A DNA stretch of 64,000 nt from contig CAVYSY010000033.1 of assembly GCA_963771175.1 (NCBI GenBank), forward strand, positions 352,001 to 416,000. Direction: 5' to 3'. Position 1 is the first letter of the stretch; the number at the start of each line of letters is the position of its first letter. A model generated the notes under the pieces. It had not been told where the DNA came from. It did not search any database and saw only the letters and a list, made by a program, of their open reading frames with translations. Shown piece after piece: positions 37,482 through 47,943 of this stretch. A program made the position numbers and the translations under genes. Origin of the DNA: an uncultured delta proteobacterium (lineage in GTDB: Bacteria; Myxococcota; Myxococcia; Myxococcales; Myxococcaceae).

Positions 37482-39664
37482 CTAGAGCTCCACCTTGAAG
37501 TACGTGCCCCCGGCCCGGTACAGCACCGAGGGGGAAGGAACGTGTCCCTGGGCCAGGTCCGTCACCGGCTCCCACTTGAGGGTGCGGCGATCCTGCTGCT
37601 CCAGGGGGCCACTGCCCTGTCAGCACCACACCGGCACCGCGGGTGGCGCGAAGCACGATGGGCGCGTTCCGGATGCGGCCATTCACCTCGCCATCGCCGT
37701 GCAGGCCCAGCCGGGCATCCCGGAAGAAGCCGGGACTGCTGCCGGGGCAGTCTTGGAGGAGGATGGCGGCGGCCTGTCGCATGCCGCGATCGCTCCCGGC
37801 CACGCGGATGGACGTGCCGGGCGGGAAGCGCGAGGGCTGGGTGAAGCCGGCGAGCAGCACACCGAAGCCGAGCAGCGCCAGCGAGGGCCACACCCACGCG
37901 CCATGGCAGCCGAGGAAGCCCTGGCCCTCGACCTTCCAGCGCAGACGCACCGTCTTCTCCTGGGCCTTGAACTCGGGGGTGAGCGGCACCACGCGCAGCA
38001 CGGCCGAGTCCGGCGACACGTCCCCGGCGCACCGAGGCACCTCCAGGCAGATGTCGAGTCGGCGCTCCCTCGGGTCCAACGCATCGATGCCGAGCGAGGG
38101 CAACAAGCCGCGCACGTCCGCCTGTCCCAGCGCATTGAGGAAGCTGAGCACCGGGCGAGCCTGGCAGCCGTCGAGCCCCTCGGCGCGCAACTCCCAGCGG
38201 TGCTCCTCGGCGCCCTGGGAGCGGCTGAAGTCGAGCTTCTGGCAGGCCTCCGTCACGGCGGTGCCCGCGGCGATGGTGCCGAAGTCCAGCGTCTCCGGCA
38301 GCTCCAGCCTGAGCTGGGGGCGCACCCGCACTTCGTGCGCGGGCATCGAGAATGGGCCCTCGCGGCGTCTGGAACACGACCGACCAGCTCGCGGCCTGGG
38401 GCTCGGCGTAGGTGACGCTGAACTCGTACCGGTCATCCGGTCGGGGCGGCCCGCTGTAGCGCACCTCGCCGGTGTCCACCATGCGGGCCTCCACCTTGGG
38501 GTCCGCGAGGAGCGCGTCCACCTGCTGGCGACCCGTACCCGGTGCCGGGCGGAGGAGCCGAACCGTGCCCCGGCAGGGAAGCCCGGCGTAGCAGGTGCGC
38601 GGCAGCTCCGAGGTGTCGAAGCCGAGCCCGAGGTCGCTCACCGTGGCCGTGACTTCCTCCGTGGGGCACACCACGCGATCGCCCGCGCGGCCGCCCGCGC
38701 TGATGCGTACCTCGCGCGGCTTGGGGGAGGCGGGTGGCGTCCATGCGGCCGAGAGCGAGCCATCGGCGGGAATCGTCCCCGGCTTCTCCCCTTCCACCTG
38801 GACAGTGAACGCCAGCGAGAGTCCCGCGGGTGGCGAAGTCACGGGCACCTGCCCCGCCGCATCGAAGAGTCTCGCGCTCAGCAGGGTGGACTGTCCGGCC
38901 ACGAGCGCCTCATGCACGGTGGGCTGCACCACGCGCGCCCGGTAGCTGCACACCTCCACCTTCAGACTCTGGGCCTCGGAGGCCGCCGCACGGAGCTGCT
39001 CGTTCTGGGCGAGTGGCGGCGCCATGGGGACGAACTCGATACGCAAGGAGCTGGAGGGCGGAAGGGAGAACCCGGCCGACACGGTGCCGTCGGGTTGCAC
39101 GGTGCCTCGATGCTCGGAGGTCTGGCCATTCGCGTCGGTGACGCGGAAGGTGCCGCCGGTGATGCGGCGCAGCGCCCCGTGCTCATCGCGAACCGCTCCC
39201 ACCACCGTCACCTCATCCCCGGCGGTGTACGGCCCCGGGGAGATGCGCTCCACCCGAGCGTCGAGTTGCACGGGCGGAGGCGGCGGAGGGGGCGTGACGG
39301 GCTTGCCGTCGATGACGTGCGCCACCAGGTTGTCCGCGCCGTGCTTCTCCCCGTAGAGCCGCGCGCACTCGTACGGCTCCGCGCGCCGGTAGGTCCCCGA
39401 AGAGCGCGAGAGGAACTTCGGAATGCAGGTGGAGTCCTCCTCGTCGTAGCAGACGAAGCACTCCTGACCGTTGGTGACCCAGCAGTGGTAGTGCCACTTG
39501 GAGTGCATCGCGCGTACGGCCGGCATGTCGCACGCGGCCACCACGTTCGGCGGAGTCCCCTCATACCCTCCAACGCAGTAGGTGTCCCCTTCCTGCGCCC
39601 GAGCAGACGTGGCCAGCAGGAACGACACAACGGCGAGCAGCGCTGGGAGCGCGCGGGCCATCAT
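37482..39664 (-). CDS. Secreted Cys-rich/Ig-like membrane protein with two apparent frameshifts (about 38350 and 37615)
   Basis: Signal peptide MMARALPALLAVVSFLLATSARA; pieced together from ORFs 37562..40186 and 37336..38436 plus a third frame ending GGTYFKVEL* directly before the vWA ATG. Confidence 0.7.
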
Positions 39665-40773
39665 TTCCCTCCGTCGGGAGACGGCTGTCCACCTACGGTG
39701 GGCGGTACCGGAGCCTGCTCGGGAGAGGAGGAAGCGCCACCACTCGTGGCCCTCAGCCCCAAGGCGAGGCCCACGCCCAGTGCCAGCACACCCGTCGCGA
39801 GCAGCCACCACAGGGGAACCCGGCGCCCGGATTTCCCCGTGGGTGCGACGGTCTCGGACACGGGCGGCGAAGCGGACTCGACCGTGCGCTGCTCGGGCCT
39901 CGGCGCGGCCTGTGTTGGTGCCACGGAAACAGGCGTCGGGGGCACCACCACCGAGGCCAGGGGCATCCCGTCCGGCAGCGTCTCCCGACGTCGCTCCTGG
40001 GGCTCCTGCACCACGCGCGGCACCTCCGGCTGACCCGCCACGAGGAGGATGACCGTGATGTTGTCGGCGCCTCCGCGCTCGTTGGCGATCTGGATGAGCC
40101 GCGTCACCGCGTCCTGATAGTCGCGGCCCTCGATGAGCGGGTACAGCTCGTGGTCCTCGATGAAGTCGTACAGCCCGTCGCTGCACAGCAGCACCACGTC
40201 ACCGGACTTCAGCTCCAGCGGCTCCGTCCAGACCTCGGGCTTGAAACTCTTCTGGACTCCCGGGCTTCCCCCCAGCGCCTGCACGAGTACGTGCGCGTCC
40301 GGGTGTTGCCTCGCCTCCTCGGGCGTGAGGATGCCGTGGCTGACCATCTGCGCGACCCTCGTGTGGTCTCGCGTGCGGTCGATCAGCGCGCCGGCTCGGA
40401 ACTGGTAGAGGCGGCTGTCACCCACCCAGCCGACGTAGCAGCGCCCCTCCAGCACCCAGCCGATGACGCCCGTCGTCCCCATGCCCTCCACGCCTCGAGT
40501 GAGCGAGGTCTCGACCACGGCCTGGTTGGCCTCGACGAACGCCTGATAGAGGGCGCGGGGCGGGTTCTCGGGCGAGCTGGCGGAGATGACCTCGACGATG
40601 CGATCGCTGGCCACCTGGCTGGCCACCTCACCGGCCTCGTGGCCACCCATGCCGTCACAGACGACGAGCAGCCGCGAGCCATCCGGCGGGGCGGCGACGC
40701 GGAAGGAGTCCTCGTTCTGGGCGCGCTGGCGCCCCACGTCGGAGCTCCCGTGGATGTAGAGCGGGAGGCTCAT
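39661..40773 (-). CDS. PP2C-family Ser/Thr phosphatase with C-terminal TM helix
   Basis: DVGRQRAQNED, VCDGMGGH, VGDSR, LCSDGL, GGADNIT. Confidence 0.95.
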   Translation of the reverse strand: MSLPLYIHGSSDVGRQRAQNEDSFRVAAPPDGSRLLVVCDGMGGHEAGEVASQVASDRIVEVISASSPENPPRALYQAFVEANQAVVETSLTRGVEGMGTTGVIGWVLEGRCYVGWVGDSRLYQFRAGALIDRTRDHTRVAQMVSHGILTPEEARQHPDAHVLVQALGGSPGVQKSFKPEVWTEPLELKSGDVVLLCSDGLYDFIEDHELYPLIEGRDYQDAVTRLIQIANERGGADNITVILLVAGQPEVPRVVQEPQERRRETLPDGMPLASVVVPPTPVSVAPTQAAPRPEQRTVESASPPVSETVAPTGKSGRRVPLWWLLATGVLALGVGLALGLRATSGGASSSPEQAPVPPTVGGQPSPDGGK

Positions 40774-42836
40774 TCGTCATCTCCCCTCGCGGGTGCGTAG
40801 AGGGTCCTGGCCTTCGCCCGAGGCGCCTCGGCGGCTGGCTGCGGTGCGTCGGGAGCAACCGGAGGCGCGGCGACGATGGGCGCACCGGCCGGAGGCGGCT
40901 CGGCGGAGGGCTGGAGCCCGGGCTGCTCCAGTGTGAGTTCCAGGTGCTGCGACAGGCGGATGGTCTGACCGGACTTCACCTGGACGCGCTCGCCCGGGTT
41001 CAGGCGGCGTCCGTCCACGAAGGTGCCGTTGGTGGAGTTCTCGTCCTTGACGAAGACGTTGCCCGCCTTGAAGAGCTGCACGGTCGCGTGGTGTCCGCTG
41101 AGCTGGGGCAAGTCCACGGCGAGGTCCATCTCTCCCGACCGTGCGCCAATGGTGAACGAGGACTTGTGGACCCGGTAGAACGGCTCGAGGCCAGGAGGCC
41201 CCCGGGTCACCATCAGCCGGGTCTCCGGCAGCGTGGCGAAGGGGTCCTTCCACACCACGGGAGCAGCCGGAGGAGGCTCGGGCTGTGCGGGGGGCGGCTC
41301 GGGCGCGGGGGGAGCCGCGGGCTTCGCCTCCTGAACGGGAGCCGGAGCAGGTGTCGAGCGGCTCCGGGACAACAGCACGATGAGCACGACCAACAGGAGC
41401 AGCCCCAGGCCCAGGAGCAACAGCACGAGCAGCCACCAAGGCCACACGCGAGGAGCCTGCACGGAGACGGGTCCCCCCATTCCACCACCGGGCTGCATCG
41501 CCGGCCCGGGAACGCCCGTCCCCGCTCCGGGTTGTGTCGAGGCACCTGCGCTCCCCGCCGGAGGGCCTGGCCGCGAGCCCATCCCAGGACCCGGTCGCGT
41601 CGTGGAGCCGGAGGAGCCCGGCATGGTGCCGGGAGCAGTGGTGGACCCGGAGGTGCTCGGGGAGGTGCCGTGCCCGGTGGGAGATCCGGAGGTACTCGGG
41701 GAGGTGCCGTGCGCGGTGGCTGACCCGGAGGAGCCCGGTGTGGAACCAGAGGGTCGCGACGATCCGGAAGTCGTGCCCTTCGCGCTCCCTGGCTGTGTCG
41801 GGGAGGGCCCGGTGGCGACCGAGGAGGGACAGGCGATGGTCGCCCGGCCCTCGGCGCTCTGCCGGAAGGAGACGGGATCGCTCCAGGCGGTGCGAGCGCG
41901 ACCCGAGAGGGACTCCACGAAGAGCCGGTCCGAGGTCTGCCCGCGCTTCACACCGCAGAAGGCCACGTCCAACCAGTAGATGTGCTCCAGCGAGCGCACC
42001 AGCCCCCCGAGCGCCTGCCGGGCATCCACGTCCTCCACCTGGATGTAGCGGCCACCGGTGCCCGCGGCGAGCTGGGACATCTCGTCGAGTCGCTGGGCGA
42101 TGCCCTTGCCCCTGGTTCCATCACTGAAGACCACCACGTGGAGGCGCACACCCAGCTCGCGTGCATCACCAACGAGCTTCTTCAGGCTGAGCGCGCTCGA
42201 CTCCTCGCCGGCATCGGTGAAGACGATGACCTCGCGCGAGCCACCCTTGGAGAGCGGCTGCTTGCGAGCGGCCTCGCGCATCGCGTCCTGGATGTAGAAC
42301 TTGAGCCGGGTGACGAGCTGGTGCGTTCCGAGCCGCTGGACCTTGTCCAGGCACGCCTCGAGACCGGCGGCGGAGGTCTCCTGACAGTGGGTGGCCTTGC
42401 TCTTCCCGAAGGTCATGACCGCCACGGTGTGGTTCCGTGGACGGGGACCGAGTGCTCCCGCGTAGGCCTTCGCGAGCTCGAAGGCCTGTGGCCAGTGCGA
42501 GGAGAAGGACCCGGACTGGTCGAAGGCGAGGATCGTGTAGCTCCCCTCCCCGGTGTCGGCCAGCCGCTGGAGCGCGGTGACCTGCGCGCCGGCCTGGCCC
42601 ACGGCGACGCGGAAGCGCTCCGGAGAGGCACCGGCCGCCCGCAGCTCCTTCTGGAGGGTGGGGTCGGTGACCTCGAACTGGAGCCGCATCTGCCCGGCGG
42701 ACGCGGGCGGCGTCGCGAGCACGGTGAGACCATTGTCGGCGGCGCTCGCGGGAGCCCCCACGAGGAGCACGGCGAGCAGGCTCGCCATCATGATGGCTGT
42801 GCGATGGATGTGCATCCCCCCTCCAGAGGAGCTCAC
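40770..42836 (-). CDS. vWA - repeat linker - TM - FHA domain protein
   Basis: AFDQSGS MIDAS, VFTDAG, TM WWLLVLLLLGLGLLLLVVLIVLL, FHA LSGHH...DENSTNGTFVDG. Confidence 0.85.
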   Translation of the reverse strand: MSSSGGGMHIHRTAIMMASLLAVLLVGAPASAADNGLTVLATPPASAGQMRLQFEVTDPTLQKELRAAGASPERFRVAVGQAGAQVTALQRLADTGEGSYTILAFDQSGSFSSHWPQAFELAKAYAGALGPRPRNHTVAVMTFGKSKATHCQETSAAGLEACLDKVQRLGTHQLVTRLKFYIQDAMREAARKQPLSKGGSREVIVFTDAGEESSALSLKKLVGDARELGVRLHVVVFSDGTRGKGIAQRLDEMSQLAAGTGGRYIQVEDVDARQALGGLVRSLEHIYWLDVAFCGVKRGQTSDRLFVESLSGRARTAWSDPVSFRQSAEGRATIACPSSVATGPSPTQPGSAKGTTSGSSRPSGSTPGSSGSATAHGTSPSTSGSPTGHGTSPSTSGSTTAPGTMPGSSGSTTRPGPGMGSRPGPPAGSAGASTQPGAGTGVPGPAMQPGGGMGGPVSVQAPRVWPWWLLVLLLLGLGLLLLVVLIVLLSRSRSTPAPAPVQEAKPAAPPAPEPPPAQPEPPPAAPVVWKDPFATLPETRLMVTRGPPGLEPFYRVHKSSFTIGARSGEMDLAVDLPQLSGHHATVQLFKAGNVFVKDENSTNGTFVDGRRLNPGERVQVKSGQTIRLSQHLELTLEQPGLQPSAEPPPAGAPIVAAPPVAPDAPQPAAEAPRAKARTLYAPARGDDE
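41595..41745 (-). repeat. Degenerate 39-bp (13-aa) tandem repeat in the Ser/Gly/Thr/Pro linker
   Basis: SGSATAHGTSPST / SGSPTGHGTSPST / SGSTTAPGTMPGS. Confidence 0.7.
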
Positions 42837-43585
42837 GGGGAACGTCGGGACAGCAGTGACTCGGGCACGATGACGAGCACCAGGGTCATCCCTCCCAGTG
42901 AGAGCACCGCGTGGTTCTGGAGAACGACCTGCTCACCGTGGACGACGGCCCCGTTGACGATGGAGCCGTTGCTGGAGACGTCCATGTACGAGGCGTCCTC
43001 GGCGCGGATGAACAGGAAGGCGTGCTGGCCGCTCACGCGTCCGTCATCGACCACCACGTCGCACTCGGCGTTGCGACCGAGCACGTTGCGCCCGGCGCGC
43101 AGTGGGTGGACGCGCCCGGGGTCGTTGGGGCCGCGGTACTCGAAGAGGGCGCCACGGATGAGGCCCGCGGCCGTCCCCTCGTTGGCGGTCTCCACGATCG
43201 TCCGGGCCTTGGGGCGCGGAGCGGCGGGCGCCGGGGCCGCGGCTGGCGCCGGTGGCATGGCGGCGGGCGCGGGCGCGGCGGCCGGACGGGAGGGCGGAAG
43301 AGATGCGGCGGCGAAGGGGTCGCGAGGATCGAAGGTGGGCCGGGGCGGAGGATTGGCGAAGAAGTCCGCGCTGCGGCGAGGGATGGGCGGAGGAGGCGCC
43401 GCCGCCGGATCCGGCTCGAAGATGGTGTGCCGCTTCTGGTGCGGGTTGGCCGGCTGGGGCGGCGGAGGCGGCGCGGGAGCGCTCTCGGCGACCGTGCCGT
43501 GCTTGGGAGGCGTCAGGTCCAAGCCGCACATGTCGCAATAGGCGGCGCCGACGGCGTTCTCGTTCTGGCAGGAAGGACAGCGCAT
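42833..43585 (-). CDS. Zinc-ribbon plus FHA domain protein
   Basis: CPSC...CDMC; FHA LGRN...VSGQHA...SSNGS; likely start at ATG 43585. Confidence 0.88.
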   Translation of the reverse strand: MRCPSCQNENAVGAAYCDMCGLDLTPPKHGTVAESAPAPPPPPQPANPHQKRHTIFEPDPAAAPPPPIPRRSADFFANPPPRPTFDPRDPFAAASLPPSRPAAAPAPAAMPPAPAAAPAPAAPRPKARTIVETANEGTAAGLIRGALFEYRGPNDPGRVHPLRAGRNVLGRNAECDVVVDDGRVSGQHAFLFIRAEDASYMDVSSNGSIVNGAVVHGEQVVLQNHAVLSLGGMTLVLVIVPESLLSRRSP

Positions 43586-44201
43586 GGGGGGCGTGTATCC
43601 GACTCTAGGGCACGCTCTGGAGGAAACTCCAGCCGGACGGGGCTCCCGGAGCCGTACGCACGAGCCCCTCGGGGATTGCAGACCTCCCCTCGACGCGTCC
43701 CGAGGCCGAAGTGCCCGCTCCCGTGGCTCCCGTTCCACAACCGCCGCCTCCATCACCCCCGCCGCCCCCCGAGACCCGCTCCCTGGCATGCGTTCCGCGC
43801 CCGGCACCTTCGTCGCCAGCCATTCCAGAGCATGGCGGACATGCCAGCGAGGAGCAGTGTCCCGCCCAGGGTCAGCGCCAGGAGTGCCCCGAGCTTGCCC
43901 ATCGCCGGAACACCCCCGAAGGACGCCCTTCGAGGGCTCGGTCCTTCGGTCTCAGCCCCGATCGGGCTTCGACCGCCTGGTCTCGCGTAGACGGTCGCCC
44001 GGCGATACTTGTCCCGGGTCAACAACTCATCCCTGGGCGGCCATCGGCACGGGCAGTGTCTAGCTTCAGTGGCGTACCGGCTCGAGTCAGTGACGTAACG
44101 GCTCGTCATCGAGGACACGAGCGTCAGCGCGGTTCTCGAACGATGCCCGGCTGACAAACATAGCGGGGTGCAGGCTGTCGGGCGCCGGCTTGAATGGAGG
44201 C

Positions 44202-45271
44202 ATGAATATGCTCACCGTCGTCTATGACACAAAACCCTACGACCGGGAGCAACTGCTCGCGGCTGCTCCTCGGGACACACTCCAGTGGCAGTTCTGGGAC
44301 TTCCGGCTCAGCACCGAGACCGCGCGGACTGCGAGCGGGGCGCAGGCCGTCTGCGTCTTCGTGAACGACGTGGTGGACCGGCCGTGCCTGCAAGACGCTC
44401 GGCGGGCTGGGCGTGAAGCTGCTGGCCCTCCGTTGCACGGGGTACAACAACGTCGATCTCCGCGCTGCGCGAGAGGCGGGCATCACCGTCACGCGCGTGC
44501 CCGTCTACTCCCCCTACGCCGTGGCTGAGCACGCCGTGGCCCTGCTGCTGACGCTCAATCGAAAGATCCACCGCGCATTCAACCGCGTGCGCGAACAGAA
44601 CTTCTCGCTGAACGGCCTGGTCGGCACCGACTTGCACGGCAAGACCGCCGGGATCTTCGGCACCGGCAAGATCGGCCGCATCACCGCCCAGATCCTGCGC
44701 GGCTTCGGCATGCGCATCCTGGCCTTTGACGCGTTCCCGGCCTCCGAGTGGGCGCGGCAGATCGGCGTGGAGTACGTCGACGCCCAGCACCCTCGCGCGC
44801 GAGAGCGACGTCATCTCGCTTCACGTGCCGCTGACGCCCGAGACCAGGCACATCATCCGCGGCGAGACCCTGGAGCTGATGAAGCCGGGGGCAATCCTGA
44901 TCAACGTGAGCCGTGGTCGCCTGATCGACACCACCGCGCTGATCGCCGCGTTGAAGGCCGACAAGCTGGGCGGCGTGGCGCTGGACGTCTACGAGGAGGA
45001 GGAAGGCGTCTTCTTCGAGGACCTGTCCGGCCAGGTGCTCCAGGACGATGAGCTGGCGCGGCTGCTGACGTTCCCCAAGGTCCTGGTCACCGCCCACCAG
45101 GCGTTCCTGACCCGGGAGGCGCTGGGTGACATCGCCCGGACGACCGTGGCGAACCTGGAGGCGCTGGCCGCGGGTCGGCCCTTCGTCGACGGTTCCGTGC
45201 TGACCGCGGTCGACGATCCGTGCGACCGCGGTCCCGCTGTCCTGCGAAGCGAAGTCGGGAAGCTCGCCTGA
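44202..45271 (+). CDS. ldhA: D-lactate dehydrogenase / 2-hydroxyacid dehydrogenase with two apparent frameshifts
   Basis: [51 protein letters not shown]. Confidence 0.85.
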
Positions 45272-45286
45272 TTCATCGGAGGCCCC

Positions 45287-46750
45287 ATGTCACTGCCTGA
45301 CCACAAGACCAAGATCGTCGCGACCATCGGGCCGGCTTCCGACTCGCCCGAGATGCTCGAGCGGCTGATCGCCGCCGGGTTGAACGTCGCGCGGCTGAAC
45401 TTCTCGCACGGCGACTTCACGGCGCACGCCGGGACGATCGCCCGCCTCCGGGCGGCCGAGAAGGCCGTGGGGCGGCCGGTCACCATCATGGCCGACCTGC
45501 CCGGACCCAAGATGCGGCTCGGCACGATCGACCCGGAGCCGATCAACCTCGTGGCCAACGACCGCTTCACCCTGACCACCGAGCCGATCACCGGCAACGC
45601 GAAGCGCGTCTCGATGAGCTTCGCGGCGCTGCCGAAGGTGGTCAGACCCGGCGACCGCCTGTTCCTGAACGACGGGCTGGTCCAGCTCGTCGTCGAGCGC
45701 GTCGCCGGCAACGACGTGGAGTGCGTGGTCGCGGTCGGCGGCGAGCTGCGCTCCCGCAAGGGGCTGAACCTCCCGGGGATCGACCTGGGGATCAGCGCCT
45801 TCACCGACCGGGACCGCGCCTGCCTGAGCTTCGCCCTGGAGCACGGCGTCGACGCTGTCAGCCAGTCCTTCGTGGAGACGGCGGCGGACATCGAGGCGGT
45901 GCGCGAGGCGGCCGCCGCGCGCGGGAAGCAGCCCTTCATCATCGCCAAGATCGAGCGTGCCGGCGCCCTCGAGCACTTCGACGAGATCCTGGCCGCCGCC
46001 GACGGAATCATGGTGGCCCGCGGGGACCTGGGCGTCGAGGTGCCGATCGAGGAGATCGCCCTGATCCAGAAGGAGCTGATCGCCCGGGCGAACCTCGCGG
46101 GCAAGCCGGTCATCACCGCCACGCAGATGCTCGAGTCCATGGTGTCCAGCCGCCTCCCGACGCGCGCCGAGGCCACCGACGTGGCCAACGCCATCCTCGA
46201 CGGCACCGACTGCGTCATGCTCTCCGCCGAGTCGGCGATGGGCCGCTATCCCGGTGGAGGCCGTCGCGATGCTGGCGAGCATCGCGGCCGCGACCGAGGC
46301 GAAGCGCCCGGCCAGGCGGCTTGCCGACCAGCGGGCGGACGGCTCCGGCTGGCAAGCCGACGACGGCGGCGGAGGCCATTGCGTCGGTCGTGGAGCACGC
46401 GCTGGAGACCGTCCCGTGCGCGGCGGTGGTGGTGCCGACGCAGGAGCGGGACCACCGCCCGGATGATCTCCCGGTTCAAGCCGGCGGTGTGGGTGGTCGC
46501 GGTGAGCAGCGACCCGGCGGTCTGCCGTGGCCTGGCATTCTCGTATGGGGTGCTGGCCGTCCTGCAGCCGGACGAGCCGGCGGACTGGCGAAGGTTTTCG
46601 GTGGACTGGGTCCGCCAGGAGCAGGTCGCCGGACCGCTGGTCATGCTGGTCTCGGGTCCCTCGAAGAGCGACCCGCAGGCGAACTACCGCCTCGAGTTCA
46701 TCAGTACCGGCGAGCGAGCCCTCGCTCCCGAAGTGGAAGCTCCGCATTGA
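45287..46750 (+). CDS. pyk: Pyruvate kinase with apparent frameshifts in the 3' third
   Basis: [43 protein letters not shown]. Confidence 0.93.
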   Translation: MSLPDHKTKIVATIGPASDSPEMLERLIAAGLNVARLNFSHGDFTAHAGTIARLRAAEKAVGRPVTIMADLPGPKMRLGTIDPEPINLVANDRFTLTTEPITGNAKRVSMSFAALPKVVRPGDRLFLNDGLVQLVVERVAGNDVECVVAVGGELRSRKGLNLPGIDLGISAFTDRDRACLSFALEHGVDAVSQSFVETAADIEAVREAAAARGKQPFIIAKIERAGALEHFDEILAAADGIMVARGDLGVEVPIEEIALIQKELIARANLAGKPVITATQMLESMVSSRLPTRAEATDVANAILDGTDCVMLSAESAMGRYPGGGRRDAGEHRGRDRGEAPGQAACRPAGGRLRLASRRRRRRPLRRSWSTRWRPSRARRWWCRRRSGTTARMISRFKPAVWVVAVSSDPAVCRGLAFSYGVLAVLQPDEPADWRRFSVDWVRQEQVAGPLVMLVSGPSKSDPQANYRLEFISTGERALAPEVEAPH

Positions 46751-46874
46751 CAGGGTTCGACCCTCGCGAGCTCGTCCCACTCGTCAACGCAGTGGGCAGT
46801 CCTTAGCTTCATTGCGAACTCTTCGGGGGACACCAGTCATGGCACAACCAGTCGCCAAGCAACGAGAAGAGACG

Positions 46875-47922
46875 ATGCGGGGTGCGATCCTGCCGGGCAA
46901 TCGGACGGTGGAGTTCAGGGAAATCCCCATCCCCCAGCCGCAGCACGGGCAGGTGCTGGTCAAGATAAAGGCCTCGAGCCATCTGCGGCAGCGACATCCG
47001 CGCCATCTATCGGGCTCACATCGGCGAAGGGGCCGAGCGTTACATCCCCGGCATGATCGCCGGACACGAGCCGAGCGGGGAGGTCGCGGCGGTCGGACCG
47101 GGTTGCCAGGCGCTGCGGATCGGCGATCGCGTGTCCGTCTACCACATCAGCGGCTGTGGGGTCTGCGACGACTGCCGCCACGGCTACCAGATCAGTTGCA
47201 CCAACCCGGCGCGGGCCGCGTATGGCTGGCAAAGGCACGGCGGCCATGCGCCGTGGATGCTGGCGGACGAGCGCGACTGCATCCCGCTGCCCGCGAGCCT
47301 GTCCTACGTTGACGGCGCCCTGTGCGCTTGCGGTCGTCGGTACCGCCTGGGAAGCCCTGACGCGGATCGGCGTCACCGGCAGCGATGCGCCTGCTGGTGA
47401 CGGGTCTGGGGCCGGTCGGAATGGGCGTGGCGATGCTGGGCAAGGCGCTGGGAGCAAACAAGGTCATCGGCACGGAAGTGTCGGCGGTGCGGCGAAAGCT
47501 GGCCATGGACCTCGGCCTGGTCGACGAGGCCCTGGAAGCGGACGACAAGGCGCTGGCCCGGATCAAGGACCTCACGCGCGGCCGGGGATGCGAGGCCAGC
47601 GTCGATTGCTCGGGGTCGGCAGCGGGGCGATTGCTGGCCCTGCACGGCACGCGACAGTGGGGGCGATGCGCGTTCGTCGGTGAAGGCGGCAAGGTCGAGT
47701 TCGACGTCTCGCCAGTGCTGATTCATCCGCAGATCACGCTGTACGGGTCCTGGGTGACTTCGCTCAAGCATATGAGCGATCTCTTCGATCGCCTCGACCG
47801 CTGGGGGGTGCACCCGGAGAAGATCGTCACGCACCCGCTTGCCGCTGAGCGAGGCGGCGCGCGGCTACCAGCTGGCCGACCAGGGCGAGGCCGGCAAGGT
47901 GTGCTTCGTCTTCGACATCTGA
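46875..47922 (+). CDS. Zn-dependent alcohol/polyol dehydrogenase (MDR family) with apparent frameshifts
   Basis: [18 protein letters not shown]...C, GLGPVG. Confidence 0.85.
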
Positions 47923-47943
47923 CCTCGAGAGGAGTCACGCCGC

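Noticed and set aside
35403..43585. Type VI secretion locus (FHA, PP2C, kinase and vWA are common T6SS accessories)
   Set aside because: No recognisable sheath, Hcp, VgrG, ClpV, baseplate or TssJLM genes in the window.
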